In this document: positions 26,669 through 36,792 of the stretch, piece by piece | How positions within the stretch are numbered: position 1 is the first letter of the stretch | Layout: each line of letters starts with the position of its first letter | Assembly: GCA_963748015.1 (NCBI GenBank) | Contig: CAVVHE010000004.1 | Coordinates: 1,536,001-1,600,000 of the forward strand | Reading direction: 5' to 3' | Length of the DNA stretch: 64,000 bases | Source of the DNA: Terriglobia bacterium | Lineage (GTDB): Bacteria > Acidobacteriota > Polarisedimenticolia > Polarisedimenticolales > JAIQFR01 | Position numbers and translations under genes: made by a program | Notes under the pieces: generated by a model | What the model was told of the DNA's origin: nothing | The model's database searches: none | Seen by the model: only the letters and a program-made list of their open reading frames with translations

Positions 26669-26826
26669 GCCCTCGGCGCGGCTCCGGGCAGGGTCTCGCG
26701 GGCCTCTCTCGCCCTGCGAGCACCCACCGGAGCGCAGCCGGGCGAGAGCGGAGCGAGCGAGACGGACGCAACGTCCGTCGAGCGAGCGTGCCCAGGAGAG
26801 ACCCTGCCCGGAGCCGCGCCGAGGGC
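26669..26826 (+). repeat. Structured intergenic element, copy B (29-bp perfect outer stem, two inner hairpins)
   Basis: 26669-26697 = reverse complement of 26798-26826. Confidence 0.9.
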
Positions 26827-26835
26827 GGAGCCCGC

Positions 26836-27549
26836 ATGAGCTCACGATCGAGAATGGAGGTGAGGTGGCTCGGCACGGTGGCGTATGCCGAGGCGGCGGC
26901 GTTGCAGGCGGCGCTGGTCGAGGCGCGCCGGCGCGGGGAGGCGACGGACACGCTGCTGCTGCTGGAGCACCCCCCGGTGATCACGCTCGGGCGGTCGGCG
27001 CGGCGCGAGCACGTCCTCGTGGACGACGGCCGGCGCGAGGCGCTGGGGATCGAGCTGCACGAGAGCGGCCGCGGCGGCGACGTGACGTACCACGCGCCGG
27101 GGCAGCTCGTCGGCTACCCGATCCTGGCGCTGCCGGAAGGGCGGCGGGACGCGCACCTCTATCTCAGGAGCCTCGAGGAGGCGCTGATCCTGACCGCGGC
27201 GGACTACGGCGTCCGCGCGGCGAGGCGCGAGGGCTTGACCGGCATCTGGGTCGGCGAGCGGAAGCTGGCCGCGATCGGGGTCCGGATCGGAACCGGGTGG
27301 ATCACGTCCCACGGCTTCGCGCTCAACGTCACGACCGATCTCGCGGGTTTCGAGACCATCGTTCCCTGCGGCCTCGAGGATCGCGGCGTGACGTCGCTCG
27401 CCGAGCTGACCGGCAGGCGCATTCCGCTGCGGGAGGCGGCGGCCAGGATCGCCGCGCGCGCCGGCGAGGTGTTCGGTCTCGAGGTCGTGCCGGCCGAGGA
27501 TCCGTCCGAGCGGTTGGCGCCCCGCGCGGTGGACGGGCTATCCTCGTGA
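26836..27549 (+). CDS. lipB: Octanoyltransferase
   Basis: LLEHPPVITLG, RGGDVTYHAPGQLVGYP, KLAAIG, SHGFALN, IVPCG. Confidence 0.95.
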   Translation: MSSRSRMEVRWLGTVAYAEAAALQAALVEARRRGEATDTLLLLEHPPVITLGRSARREHVLVDDGRREALGIELHESGRGGDVTYHAPGQLVGYPILALPEGRRDAHLYLRSLEEALILTAADYGVRAARREGLTGIWVGERKLAAIGVRIGTGWITSHGFALNVTTDLAGFETIVPCGLEDRGVTSLAELTGRRIPLREAAARIAARAGEVFGLEVVPAEDPSERLAPRAVDGLSS

Positions 27550-27580
27550 TTCGTTCCCCGGGCGCCCGGCGGAACGCCCG

Positions 27581-28492
27581 ATGAGGCATCCCATGAGCCC
27601 AGGCAAGCCGGGGACGCGTCCCCACTGGCTGAAGATACGTCTCAGGACCGACGAGGACTACCGGCGCGTCCGGTCTCTCGTGGGCGAGCTGAAGCTGAAC
27701 ACCGTCTGCACGGAAGCCCGCTGTCCGAACATCTACGAGTGCTGGAACGCCGGGACGGCGACCTTCATGATCCTCGGCGACACCTGCACCCGGTCGTGCG
27801 GCTTCTGCTCGGTGAACAGCGGGCGGCCGGCCCCGGGGGTGGACACGGACGAGCCGGCCCGGGTAGCGGACGCGGTGGCGCGCCTCGGGCTCCGGCACGC
27901 GGTGATCACCAGCGTGGACCGGGACGACCTCGAGGACGGCGGTGCCACGCATTTCCGCGACGTGATCCTGGCGATCCGTGCCCGCGTCCCGGCCTGCGCC
28001 GTCGAGGTCCTGACTCCGGACTTCAAGAACATCCCGGGCGCCCTCGACCGGGTGCTCGAGGCGAGGCCGGAGGTGTTCGCCCACAACGTGGAAACCGTGC
28101 CGAGGCTCTACCGGACGGCGCGGCGCGGGTCGAGCTACGAAGGCTCGGTCGCGCTGCTCGCGGCGGCGGCCGCGCGGCGCGATGCCGCGTTCCCCTCGAT
28201 GCGGGTCAAGTCGAGCGTGATGCTCGGGCTCGGCGAGCAGGACGAAGAGGTCCTTGCCGTGATGGCCGATCTCAGGCGAGCCCGGGTCGACGTGCTCACG
28301 CTCGGCCAGTACCTGCAGCCGACCCTCAAGCATCTCCCCGTCGAGCGCGTCCTCGATCCTTCCGAGTTCGATCGGTACCGCGCGCTCGGTATGGAGATGG
28401 GGTTCCTGCACGTCGAGTCGGGGCCGCTCGTGCGCTCGTCGTACCACGCCGAGCGCCACGGACCCTCGCTGCCGACCGTTTCGGGGTCGTGA
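27581..28492 (+). CDS. lipA: Lipoyl synthase
   Basis: CTEARCPNIYEC, CTRSCGFC, TSVDRDDL, HNVETV, PLVRSSYHA. Confidence 0.97.
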   Translation: MRHPMSPGKPGTRPHWLKIRLRTDEDYRRVRSLVGELKLNTVCTEARCPNIYECWNAGTATFMILGDTCTRSCGFCSVNSGRPAPGVDTDEPARVADAVARLGLRHAVITSVDRDDLEDGGATHFRDVILAIRARVPACAVEVLTPDFKNIPGALDRVLEARPEVFAHNVETVPRLYRTARRGSSYEGSVALLAAAAARRDAAFPSMRVKSSVMLGLGEQDEEVLAVMADLRRARVDVLTLGQYLQPTLKHLPVERVLDPSEFDRYRALGMEMGFLHVESGPLVRSSYHAERHGPSLPTVSGS

Positions 28493-29122
28493 TCAGGGCT
28501 TGGCCGGCGGGGTCTCCGGGGGAGGCGAGAGCTGCTGGGTTCCGAGCGGGCGCCCGTCCAGGAGCGCGTTCACGTCGTTCACGAGCCCTTCCGTCTGCGA
28601 CGGCGTCGCCCCGACGTACTTCCTCAGGATCTTCCCGTTGCGTCCCACCAGGAACGTCGTGGGCACGGTCGATATCCCGCCCCACTTGCGGGACGTGTCG
28701 GGGCTCTCGTGGATCACGGGGTACTCGACCTTGAGATCCGCGATGAAGCGTCGCGACGCGTCGAGGTTCAGGTTGACCGGCCCCTCGTCCACCTCGACGC
28801 CCCAGACCGCGAGGCCATCCTTCGCGCGCGCCGCGTGGAGGCCCTGGAGGACGGGCATCTCGGCCTTGCACGGCACGCACCACGTCGCCCAGAAGCTCAC
28901 GACGTTGACCGCGTGCTCGCTCCATCGCACGATCGCGGGGGCGCCGTCGAGAGTCGTCCCCGAGAGCTCGGGCGCGGGATCCCCCGGGGCGAGCGCGACG
29001 CTCGGTACCTCGTAGGTGATCTGGTCGGGTTTCGGGAGGGTGGGCGATCGGCGCGGGCCAGGAGCCTGCGCGAGCGCCGGAAAGGCCAGAACGAGCGACA
29101 GCGCCAGCCAGTATCGCCTCAT
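28493..29122 (-). CDS. TlpA-family thiol-disulfide oxidoreductase (exported)
   Basis: Signal peptide; FWATWCVPC; VPTTFLV. Confidence 0.9.
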   Translation of the reverse strand: MRRYWLALSLVLAFPALAQAPGPRRSPTLPKPDQITYEVPSVALAPGDPAPELSGTTLDGAPAIVRWSEHAVNVVSFWATWCVPCKAEMPVLQGLHAARAKDGLAVWGVEVDEGPVNLNLDASRRFIADLKVEYPVIHESPDTSRKWGGISTVPTTFLVGRNGKILRKYVGATPSQTEGLVNDVNALLDGRPLGTQQLSPPPETPPAKP

Positions 29123-29210
29123 GATCGGCCCCGGAGGGCGTCTCGCGCGGCGTTCCGCCGGAGGCGTCGCGCGAGGCTCCCGCGAATCGGATGGGAAGTA
29201 CGTCTCGATT

Positions 29211-29286
<76 letters not shown>

Positions 29287-29388
29287 ACGCCGCAAGCCGG
29301 AACTCCAGCCCCCCAACCCGATCCACCGAATGGAGGCCACCCTCGGGCCCCGGCAAGCGTTTCAAATTACCGCAACGAGGGCGGTGCG

Positions 29389-29847
29389 TCAACTCCGGCG
29401 CGCCCGGCGCCCCGCGGGCGCCCGATCGCCCCACAGGCCGAGACGGAACGCGTCCCGGACGTGACGCGCCACGAGGACGCCGTCTTCCCCGGGCAGGACC
29501 TCGACGACGTCGAATCTGCACGGCGGGGGATCGCCGCCGGCCGCGGCGAGGAAGACCCGCGCCGCGCGCACCATGTGCTCGCGCTTGCGCGCGGTGACCG
29601 CCTCGGCCGGGCTCCCGAAAGCGGTGCCGCGACGGGTCTTCACCTCCGCGAAGACGACGACGCGGCCGTCGAGGGCGACGAGGTCGATCTCCCCCGCCCT
29701 GCAGCGGAAGCGGCGCGCCAGAATCGTCAGGCCGGCGCGGGAGAGCGCCCTCTCCGCCTCCGCCTCCCCGGCGGCCCCGAGCCGCTGCCGCGGGTCCCGC
29801 GAGGGGGCGTTCGCCGCCGTCGGCCGTACCCCGGAGCTCCTGGACAC
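29389..29847 (-). CDS. yraN: YraN (UPF0102) family protein
   Basis: Own AGGAG RBS and GTG; LG..GE, GEIDLVA, FAEVKTR, CRFDVV. Confidence 0.88.
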   Translation of the reverse strand: MSRSSGVRPTAANAPSRDPRQRLGAAGEAEAERALSRAGLTILARRFRCRAGEIDLVALDGRVVVFAEVKTRRGTAFGSPAEAVTARKREHMVRAARVFLAAAGGDPPPCRFDVVEVLPGEDGVLVARHVRDAFRLGLWGDRAPAGRRARRS

Positions 29848-29926
29848 GAGGTGTCTCCTGCGCGAGCTTCCGGGACGCGGTCGGACGGGGGCCGTCCTGG
29901 AAACGCAGCGAGGAGGCGTGGGGCCC

Positions 29927-31329
29927 TTAAGCCGAGAGGGGGTGCGGGACCGCTTCCAGCGAACGCCCTGCGGCGTGTCCTCGAGGAGGATACCGCGACC
30001 GACCAGCTCCCCGCGGAGACGGTCGGCCTCGGCGAAGTCGCGGGACTTTCGAGCCGCGGTGCGGCGCGAGATGAGGTCCTCGACCTCGGCGTCGAGGATC
30101 TCCGCCTCGCGCTCCATCACCCCCAGCACGCCGTCCCACCGGCGGAGCGTCCGTCGCAGCGCCTCCCGCGACGCTTCGGGCAGCTCTCCCCGGTCCATGG
30201 CCGAGTGACCCTCCCGGACGACCCGGAAGAGCGCCGCGAGCGCCCCGCTGACGTTGAGGTCGGCCGCGAGGGCCCCGTCGAACTCGACCGAGGCCGCGGC
30301 CAGCTTCTCCTCGAGCTCGGGATTCGCGCCCGGCGCCGCGGGCTCCCGCTCGAGCCGGGCGAGGAAGTCGTCCACCCGCGTCAACTCGGCCGCGCTCTGC
30401 GCCAGGGCGTCGAAGGTGAAGTTCAGCGAGCTGCGGTAGTGGGCGGAAAGCAGCAGGAAACGGATCGCCCGCGGATCGTTCCCGCGAGAGAGGAGATCGC
30501 GGAGCGTGTGGAAGTTCCCCTTGGACTTCGCCATCTTCTCCCCGTCCACCATCAGGTGGGCGGCGTGCATCCAGTGCTTGACGAAGGGGTGAAGGGTCGC
30601 GCACTCGCTCTGCGCGATCTCGTTCTCGTGGTGAGGGAAGATGTTGTCCACGCCGCCGGTGTGGAGGTCGAAGCTCTCTCCGAGGTACTTCATGCTCATC
30701 GCGGAGCACTCGAGGTGCCACCCCGGGCGGCCGCGGCCGAACGGGGAATCCCAGGACGGCTCGCCCGGCCGCTCCCCCTTCCAGAGGACGAAGTCGCGCG
30801 CGTCCTCCTTCTCGTACTCGTCGCTGTCCACGCGGGCGCCGACCCGGATCTCGCGGCGGTCGAGGCCGGACAGGCGACCGTACCCCGCGAACGAGGCGAT
30901 ACGGAAGTAGAGCGATCCCTGGCTCTCGTAGGTGTGGCCGTTGTCGCGGAGACGCTCGGCGATCGCGATCATCTCCGCGATGTGCTCCGTCGCGCGGGGA
31001 TAGTGCTCCGCGCGCTCGATCCCCAGCGCGTCGAGGTCCTCGAAGAACGCCGCGATGAACGGGGCGGTGACGTCGCCGAGGGATGCGCCGGACGCCATGG
31101 CCTTCGCGATGATCTTGTCCTCGATGTCGGTGATGTTCATGACCTGCGTCACCCTGTAGCCCAGGTGCCGCAGGGTCCGCCGCAACAGGTCCTCCCACAC
31201 GTAGGTACGGAAGTTCCCGATGTGGGCGTAGTCGTACACGGTCGGGCCGCAGGTGTACAGGCGGACGTGTCCGGCCTCGAGGGGCTCGAGCGTTTCGAGG
31301 CGGCGGGTCATGGTGTCGTGGATCTGCAC
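29927..31329 (-). CDS. cysS: Cysteine--tRNA ligase (stop out of frame by one base; reads through into yraN as assembled)
   Basis: CGPTVYDYAHIGN, GRPGWHLEC, FPHHENE, KMAKS, LEDTPQGVRW. Confidence 0.95.
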
Positions 31330-31459
31330 GGAGAATCCCCCGCGGTGCGCGTCGGGGCCGCTTCCGGCAGCCCGTCCGGGTTCCCGTGGCTCCCGCGCGT
31401 GGACCCGGGCGGGCTCCTCGGGCCGAAACGAGGCATTCTAGCGGGGCCCCGCTCCGGGT

Positions 31460-33160
31460 TCAATCGGCGATGCGGAAGCGCCCCTCGGTGGTCGTGCGGC
31501 TGCCGGTGATGCGGTCGACGAGGTCGATCGCCACCCGGTAGTCTCCAGGCGGCCAGTCGTCCACGGGCAGCGTCAGGCCCATGGACTCTCCCGCCGCCCC
31601 TCGGACCTCGGCGGGCTGGCCATGGCGCACGAACTTCCTCGATCCCGCCCGCTCGAACCGGAACTTCACATCGAGGTGGGGCCGCCGGCTCGCGGGGTCG
31701 CGCGCGGCTCCGTAGACCTGGAAGTAGACCCGCAGCTGCTCGCCGTGATGAAAGATCGCGCCGGGCTTGGGGACGACTTCCTCGGACCCGACGGCATAGG
31801 GCGAGCGCTGGCCCTCGACAACCGGGCCGAAGCGCTCCGCCGGGACCACGGTGCTCGCGGCGAGCTCGCCCAGGGGGATGTCCGGCACCGTGAGGGCGAC
31901 GTTCCGGATCGCCAGGGACTTGCCCACACGGTCCTCGACGGCGTAGCGCGCCCCGTACGCTCCCGGCTCGAGGTAAGCCCTCCCCGTGAAGACCATCGTC
32001 CCTCCGCTCTCGAGGTCCGGCCGGCGCTCGAGCCGGAGGGCCGCCTCGAGCTGGGGCCGTCCCGCCAGCCGGCCGCGCTCGTCCATGATCCACGCCGAGG
32101 CGGACGCCTCCGGTTGCCCCTCCGGCGCGGCGACCGGGGTGGCCCCGGCGGCCGGCTCGGGACGGTACTCGAGCACGAGGATCGACACGATCCCGCCGTC
32201 GGCCGCCTGGAAGAAGTACGAAGCGTCGGAGACGATCGGCGACGCGGGCAGGCCGGCGGCGGCGGACGCCTCGGAGCTCCTCGGGCTGGGGGACGGTACG
32301 GAGCGCGGGCGCCCGGGATGGCTCCGGAGGGCGGCCGCCAGGTTCTCGTACGGCGCGAGCGTGTCGAGGATCCACTTCCAGTCGATCGGCGTCGCGATCA
32401 CCGTCGGCAGCAGCTGCAGCGCTCTCACGCGCTGGAACTCCCTCTGGAGATCGATCGGATCGAGGTACACCTCCGTCTCGGCGCCCGCCCTCGGCTGCAG
32501 GCGAAACCCTCCCGATCGATCGCCGTAGAACACGATCTCGAGCGGAGCCGCCCCACCCCCCGGCCTGCGGGTGTACGTCCAGATCTCGCGGGAGATGGAG
32601 ACCGGGTCGCCGGCGGTGCGTCGCACCGAGTCCGGCTCGCCGAGCACGATGAGGACGCGACCCCGGTCCGTGCGCCAGCCCTTCACGAGCGGCGTGCTGA
32701 AACGCTCGTCCGCTATGGCGCACAGCCTCTCGAACCGCGCCTCGAACTCGTTTTCCGGGGTCTCCGGGTCCGGGTCGAGCCGGCGCCAGAAACGGGACGC
32801 GAAGGCCTTCCTGGCCTCCTCGGTCTTCAGCTTCCCGTACCGGCCGTACTCCTCGGGCGTGAGAAGGTACTGGACGGGGCCGGCGCGCCACTCCTTTCCC
32901 GGATCGCCCTCCGGAAGCTCGGAGACGGCGCGGGCCGAAGGCGGCGCAGGGTGGAACACGACGCAGAGCGCGAGGAGCGCTCGCGCGAGCGGCGCCGCTC
33001 CACGTCCTGCCGCGGCGACGCGGCGTGCCTCCCTATGCTCCGGGGCGTTGTCGAGGCCAGATCGCGTCATGTCTTCCAGGAGGAGCCACCGATGCCGGAG
33101 CTCGCCTCCCGGCGCCCGGTCTCGTTCCGAGCCCAGCCCGGCCGCGGCGAGCTCTCCCAT
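31460..33160 (-). CDS. GWxTD domain-containing protein
   Basis: FWRRLDPDPETPENEF, GWRTDRGRVLIVLGEPD, EIWTY; start uncertain. Confidence 0.88.
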   Translation of the reverse strand: MGELAAAGLGSERDRAPGGELRHRWLLLEDMTRSGLDNAPEHREARRVAAAGRGAAPLARALLALCVVFHPAPPSARAVSELPEGDPGKEWRAGPVQYLLTPEEYGRYGKLKTEEARKAFASRFWRRLDPDPETPENEFEARFERLCAIADERFSTPLVKGWRTDRGRVLIVLGEPDSVRRTAGDPVSISREIWTYTRRPGGGAAPLEIVFYGDRSGGFRLQPRAGAETEVYLDPIDLQREFQRVRALQLLPTVIATPIDWKWILDTLAPYENLAAALRSHPGRPRSVPSPSPRSSEASAAAGLPASPIVSDASYFFQAADGGIVSILVLEYRPEPAAGATPVAAPEGQPEASASAWIMDERGRLAGRPQLEAALRLERRPDLESGGTMVFTGRAYLEPGAYGARYAVEDRVGKSLAIRNVALTVPDIPLGELAASTVVPAERFGPVVEGQRSPYAVGSEEVVPKPGAIFHHGEQLRVYFQVYGAARDPASRRPHLDVKFRFERAGSRKFVRHGQPAEVRGAAGESMGLTLPVDDWPPGDYRVAIDLVDRITGSRTTTEGRFRIAD

Positions 33161-33166
33161 GACGAC

Positions 33167-33190
33167 GGGGGCCGCCCCAAGGCGGCCCCC
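33167..33190 (-). terminator. GC hairpin after the TonB receptor gene
   Basis: GGGGGCCGCC-ttgg-GGCGGCCCCC; no U-tract, may be an mRNA stabiliser. Confidence 0.45.
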
Positions 33191-33217
33191 TCCAGATGTC
33201 TCTTCTTCCGAGCGGAG

Positions 33218-36200
33218 CTAGAACGACAGCTTCGCGCTCAGCTGGTACGTCCGTCCGACCCGGTTGTAGCCGTCGTTGTACCCGTTGAGCTGGTCGCCGA
33301 GCTCCGTGAACTGGTTGTAAACCAGGTAGGTGCGCTCGTTGAACAGGTTGAAGACGTCCATCGCGAGCTGGAGGTTCATCCCCTTCCCGACGTTCATCTC
33401 CTTGTCGATTTTCAAGTCCATGTTCCAGAAGGCGCGGTTTCTCTGGTCGTTTCTCCGGCCGGTCGGGTACAGCAGCCTGTTCCGAGGCTCCGGGTTGCCC
33501 AGGTTGGACAGCGGGGGCGTGATCGTGTCCGCCGCGGGCTTCTGCAGCAGGATCGAATACGGGAGGCCCGACTGCCAGTTGATCGCCGTGCCCGCGCGGA
33601 AGCCCCACGGGGTGATCGTCGTCGCGTTGACCTTGAAGGAGTGCCGGATGTCGTAGGACAGGTAGCCCGTCTCGGCTTCGCGCGTCGTCCGGTCGTCGCC
33701 GAGGAACGAGTTCCAGCTCTCCCCGTCTCCGATCGCCCGGGACCAGGTGTACGACGCGTTCATCTGCCAGTTCCGGTACTGTCGCCGGATCACCTCGAGC
33801 TGAAGCCCCTCGTACCAGGCGGAATTGTAGTTTCCCGCCTGGAACATCGCGCCCCAGCCCGGGTTCAGGACGTAGGTGTCGAGGTAGTGGTCGGGCCGGT
33901 GGAGCAGGTTGTTGAACTTGATTTCCTCGTTCGAGCTGCCTCCGCCGCTCGTCGGCTCGAAGAGAGGCAGGAGCGTTCCGTCGCAGTCGTCGAGCTGGCC
34001 GTCCCCGATCGGCCGGCCGTGCTCGTCGTAGGTGACGTCGATCCACGATCCCGTGACCCGGGGATCGGTCTGCAGGACGCACGTGCCGTAGTCCTTCGCG
34101 GAGTGGTTGAGGTCCATGTCCTGGAACTGGTTCTCGAAGTTGCGATGGATGTAGGTGAGCTTCGCGGACGTCTCCGCCCACAGCTCCCTCTCGAACGACA
34201 CCGTGAACTCGTCGTTGTACGGCGTGCTCAGGTTCCGGTCCACGACCTGGACCTGCGCGGCCGGGTTCAGGCCGCGGCTCGGGAACGCAACCCAGTTGCC
34301 ACCCGCCTGCTGCTTGGCCTCGAACCGCAGCGTGGTGACGATGGGCTCGACCTCGGAGAGCGGAACGTTCAGCGGCGTCGCGCCGTAGAGGCGTCGGGCC
34401 GAGAACGCGACCTTCGTCTTGCCGTTGCTCCAGGGGTCCCACGAGACGGCGATGTGGGGGCCGAAGTTCGTCATGCCGAGGTTGATCGGCGCGGCGCGGC
34501 GCTTGTTGTACCAGCTCTTGCTGAGGGTGATCACGGGGCCGAGAACGGTGTCCACGTCGAGCCCGCCGAGCTGGCTGTTGAGGGACGTGGCGAAATCGCC
34601 CACCCCCTCGTACGCGGTGAAGGCTCGGTTGATGGCATCGAGGAACAGCGAGCCGTTCTGGTACGCGTTCGCGAGCGCGTTCGCGTATTGCGCCTGGGGG
34701 TCGGTGCCGGGATCCGCGCGAACGACGTCCGAGGCCACCTGCCGGGCGATCGCCTCGCGGTAGGCGTAGTAATTGCTCTCCTCGGCGGCCGGGTTCAGCG
34801 GCTGGTACCCGTCGGTGTTCAGCTGCTCGCGGTCGATCCGGAGCCCGAGGGTGATGCTCAGGTTCTGCCTGGGCTTCACCATGTCCTCGAGGAAGACCGC
34901 GCTCGCCGTGCCGACGGCCCGGGAGGTCGAGTTCAGGGGCACCGCGAAGCGGCCCTGCACCACGGCCACCGGATTGAGGTCGCCGCCGCTGGTGGAGTTC
35001 TCGTTCTGCGGGCGGTAGATGTAGAAGATGACGTCCGGGCGGCGCTCCTGCTCCCGGAAGTAACGTTCGTTCTCGATGCTGAACCCGACCTTGAACTGGT
35101 GGTCCATGCCCAGGAAGTGCCCGCCGAAGATGCTCGCAGTGCTCCGGGCCGTGAGCCGCTGGCGCTTGTCCATGAAGGTCAGGAAGAACGAGCCCGACCG
35201 CTCGCCGGTCTCGAGGTTCGTGCACTGCATGTTCTGGATGAACGCGAGCCCCGCGGCGCCCTCCGCGTCGCTGCCCTGCACGCAGCTATTGGGAACTCCC
35301 TGGGTGGAGGGCAGGATGTTGGTGTGGGCGTTCTGAAAGGAGATCACGCTGTCCACGAGGACCTTCGCGGAGAAGGGGGCGGTCCAGCTGAGCCGGTAGA
35401 GCGGGCCGCCGAGCTCGCGCCGCTGCGACGACTCGGGAGACGTGAGACGGCTCACGCCGAAGTTCGTGGTGGTCAAGGGATCCGCGGAGTAGGTGAACTG
35501 GAGCTTGTTCCGCGGAGAGACCTGCCAAGTGATCGCGTCGGAGTTGATCTGCCGCGTCGTCATCACGAGGACGGTGCCGCCCTGGCTCTGGGTCGGGTCC
35601 TCGCGCCGGATGTACTCGTGCGAGAGCCGGTACCACAGCTTGTCCTTGATGATCGGGCCCGACAACTGGATCGCCGGCTCGAGATGCTTGTAATCCGGGG
35701 TCCTGGCGCCGGGGAACGATGCGGCTTCCCCATCGAGGAGGCTCGACTTGTAGAGGAAGTTGAACGTTCCCTCGAAGTCGTTCGAGCCCTGCTTCTGGAC
35801 GATGTTGGCGAACCCGCCCTGGGCACGGCCGAACTCGACGCCCGCGCCGGCCGTGATGACCTCGATCTCCTCGATCGAGTCGGGGTTCACCTGGCTCATC
35901 TGAAGGCCGGTCAGCGGGTCCTGGTTGCTGACGCCGCCGACCTCGGCCTTGAAGTCCGTGTTGCGAGCCCCGTTGACGTTGGGGTTGCCGTCGCCGTCGG
36001 GATCCTGGACGCCGGCGGTCATCGTCAGCACGTTCTGGTAGAACCGCCCCTGCACGGGTAGGTCCTGGATGAAGTCCTCGCCGAACTTCGTCGAGGTCGA
36101 CGACTTCTCGAGATCGACGGTCTCGCGCTTGCCTTCCACCAGCACCTTCTCTTGCATCTCCGGCGCCAGGATGAAGGAGACCGACTGGACCTGGTTGATC

Positions 36201-36493
36201 GAGATCCGGATGCTCGCCATCTGTTGCTTGGCGTATCCGGGGAAGGAGACCTCGAGCGAGTAGCCGCTCCCGGCGCGAAGGACCGGGAAGTCCGCGACGC
36301 CGTTCTTGTTCGTGATCACCGTCGAGGTGGCGACGAGCTGCTGGGAGTTCCTGAGCACCACGGTCACGCCCGGAAGGATGCTCTTGTCCGCGGCGTCGTA
36401 GACCGTGACCCTCAGTCCGCCCGTCTGGGCCGCGACGGACGTCACCGCTAGGACGACGAACCACGCAGCTAGAAAAGTCCGCAGGGATTTCAT
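33218..36493 (-). CDS. TonB-dependent receptor, Oar-like, with an N-terminal carboxypeptidase-regulatory-like domain
   Basis: Signal peptide; LPVQGRFYQNVL, DSIEEIEVITAG..EFGRAQGG, DVFNLFN; C-terminal Phe. Confidence 0.92.
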   Translation of the reverse strand: MKSLRTFLAAWFVVLAVTSVAAQTGGLRVTVYDAADKSILPGVTVVLRNSQQLVATSTVITNKNGVADFPVLRAGSGYSLEVSFPGYAKQQMASIRISINQVQSVSFILAPEMQEKVLVEGKRETVDLEKSSTSTKFGEDFIQDLPVQGRFYQNVLTMTAGVQDPDGDGNPNVNGARNTDFKAEVGGVSNQDPLTGLQMSQVNPDSIEEIEVITAGAGVEFGRAQGGFANIVQKQGSNDFEGTFNFLYKSSLLDGEAASFPGARTPDYKHLEPAIQLSGPIIKDKLWYRLSHEYIRREDPTQSQGGTVLVMTTRQINSDAITWQVSPRNKLQFTYSADPLTTTNFGVSRLTSPESSQRRELGGPLYRLSWTAPFSAKVLVDSVISFQNAHTNILPSTQGVPNSCVQGSDAEGAAGLAFIQNMQCTNLETGERSGSFFLTFMDKRQRLTARSTASIFGGHFLGMDHQFKVGFSIENERYFREQERRPDVIFYIYRPQNENSTSGGDLNPVAVVQGRFAVPLNSTSRAVGTASAVFLEDMVKPRQNLSITLGLRIDREQLNTDGYQPLNPAAEESNYYAYREAIARQVASDVVRADPGTDPQAQYANALANAYQNGSLFLDAINRAFTAYEGVGDFATSLNSQLGGLDVDTVLGPVITLSKSWYNKRRAAPINLGMTNFGPHIAVSWDPWSNGKTKVAFSARRLYGATPLNVPLSEVEPIVTTLRFEAKQQAGGNWVAFPSRGLNPAAQVQVVDRNLSTPYNDEFTVSFERELWAETSAKLTYIHRNFENQFQDMDLNHSAKDYGTCVLQTDPRVTGSWIDVTYDEHGRPIGDGQLDDCDGTLLPLFEPTSGGGSSNEEIKFNNLLHRPDHYLDTYVLNPGWGAMFQAGNYNSAWYEGLQLEVIRRQYRNWQMNASYTWSRAIGDGESWNSFLGDDRTTREAETGYLSYDIRHSFKVNATTITPWGFRAGTAINWQSGLPYSILLQKPAADTITPPLSNLGNPEPRNRLLYPTGRRNDQRNRAFWNMDLKIDKEMNVGKGMNLQLAMDVFNLFNERTYLVYNQFTELGDQLNGYNDGYNRVGRTYQLSAKLSF

Positions 36494-36792
36494 GACCCTC
36501 CTCCCGCTGCGCGTACCCGACCTATACGGATCCCCTGCCCCGCCGCCGGGAAAGGGCCCGATCACCCTTCCCCGCGGCCTCATGGGGATCCACTCGGGGT
36601 AAACGCCGCACCGATTTTTGTACCACGGTCCTCCGTCAAAATCAACCTGAGCGACAGGCCGTCGCCCGGCTCCCGGGTATATATGAGCGCAATGAGCCGA
36701 TCGTCATCCGCCGAAAGGTATCCCCTGCTGCACCCTTGCAGCACCGCCGTACCCGGAGGGGCGCTTCCGGGCCCTTCCCCCGAGGAACGGCC

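Noticed and set aside
25138..27549. 803-aa E2-LipB fusion ORF
   Set aside because: Caused by the indel near 25855; the bridge is out-of-frame E2 and palindromic repeat sequence
36600..36760. Sigma54 promoter for the TonB receptor
   Set aside because: Candidates (TGGTACAAAAATCGG; GGGTACGGCGGTGC) lack a proper -12 or -24 consensus
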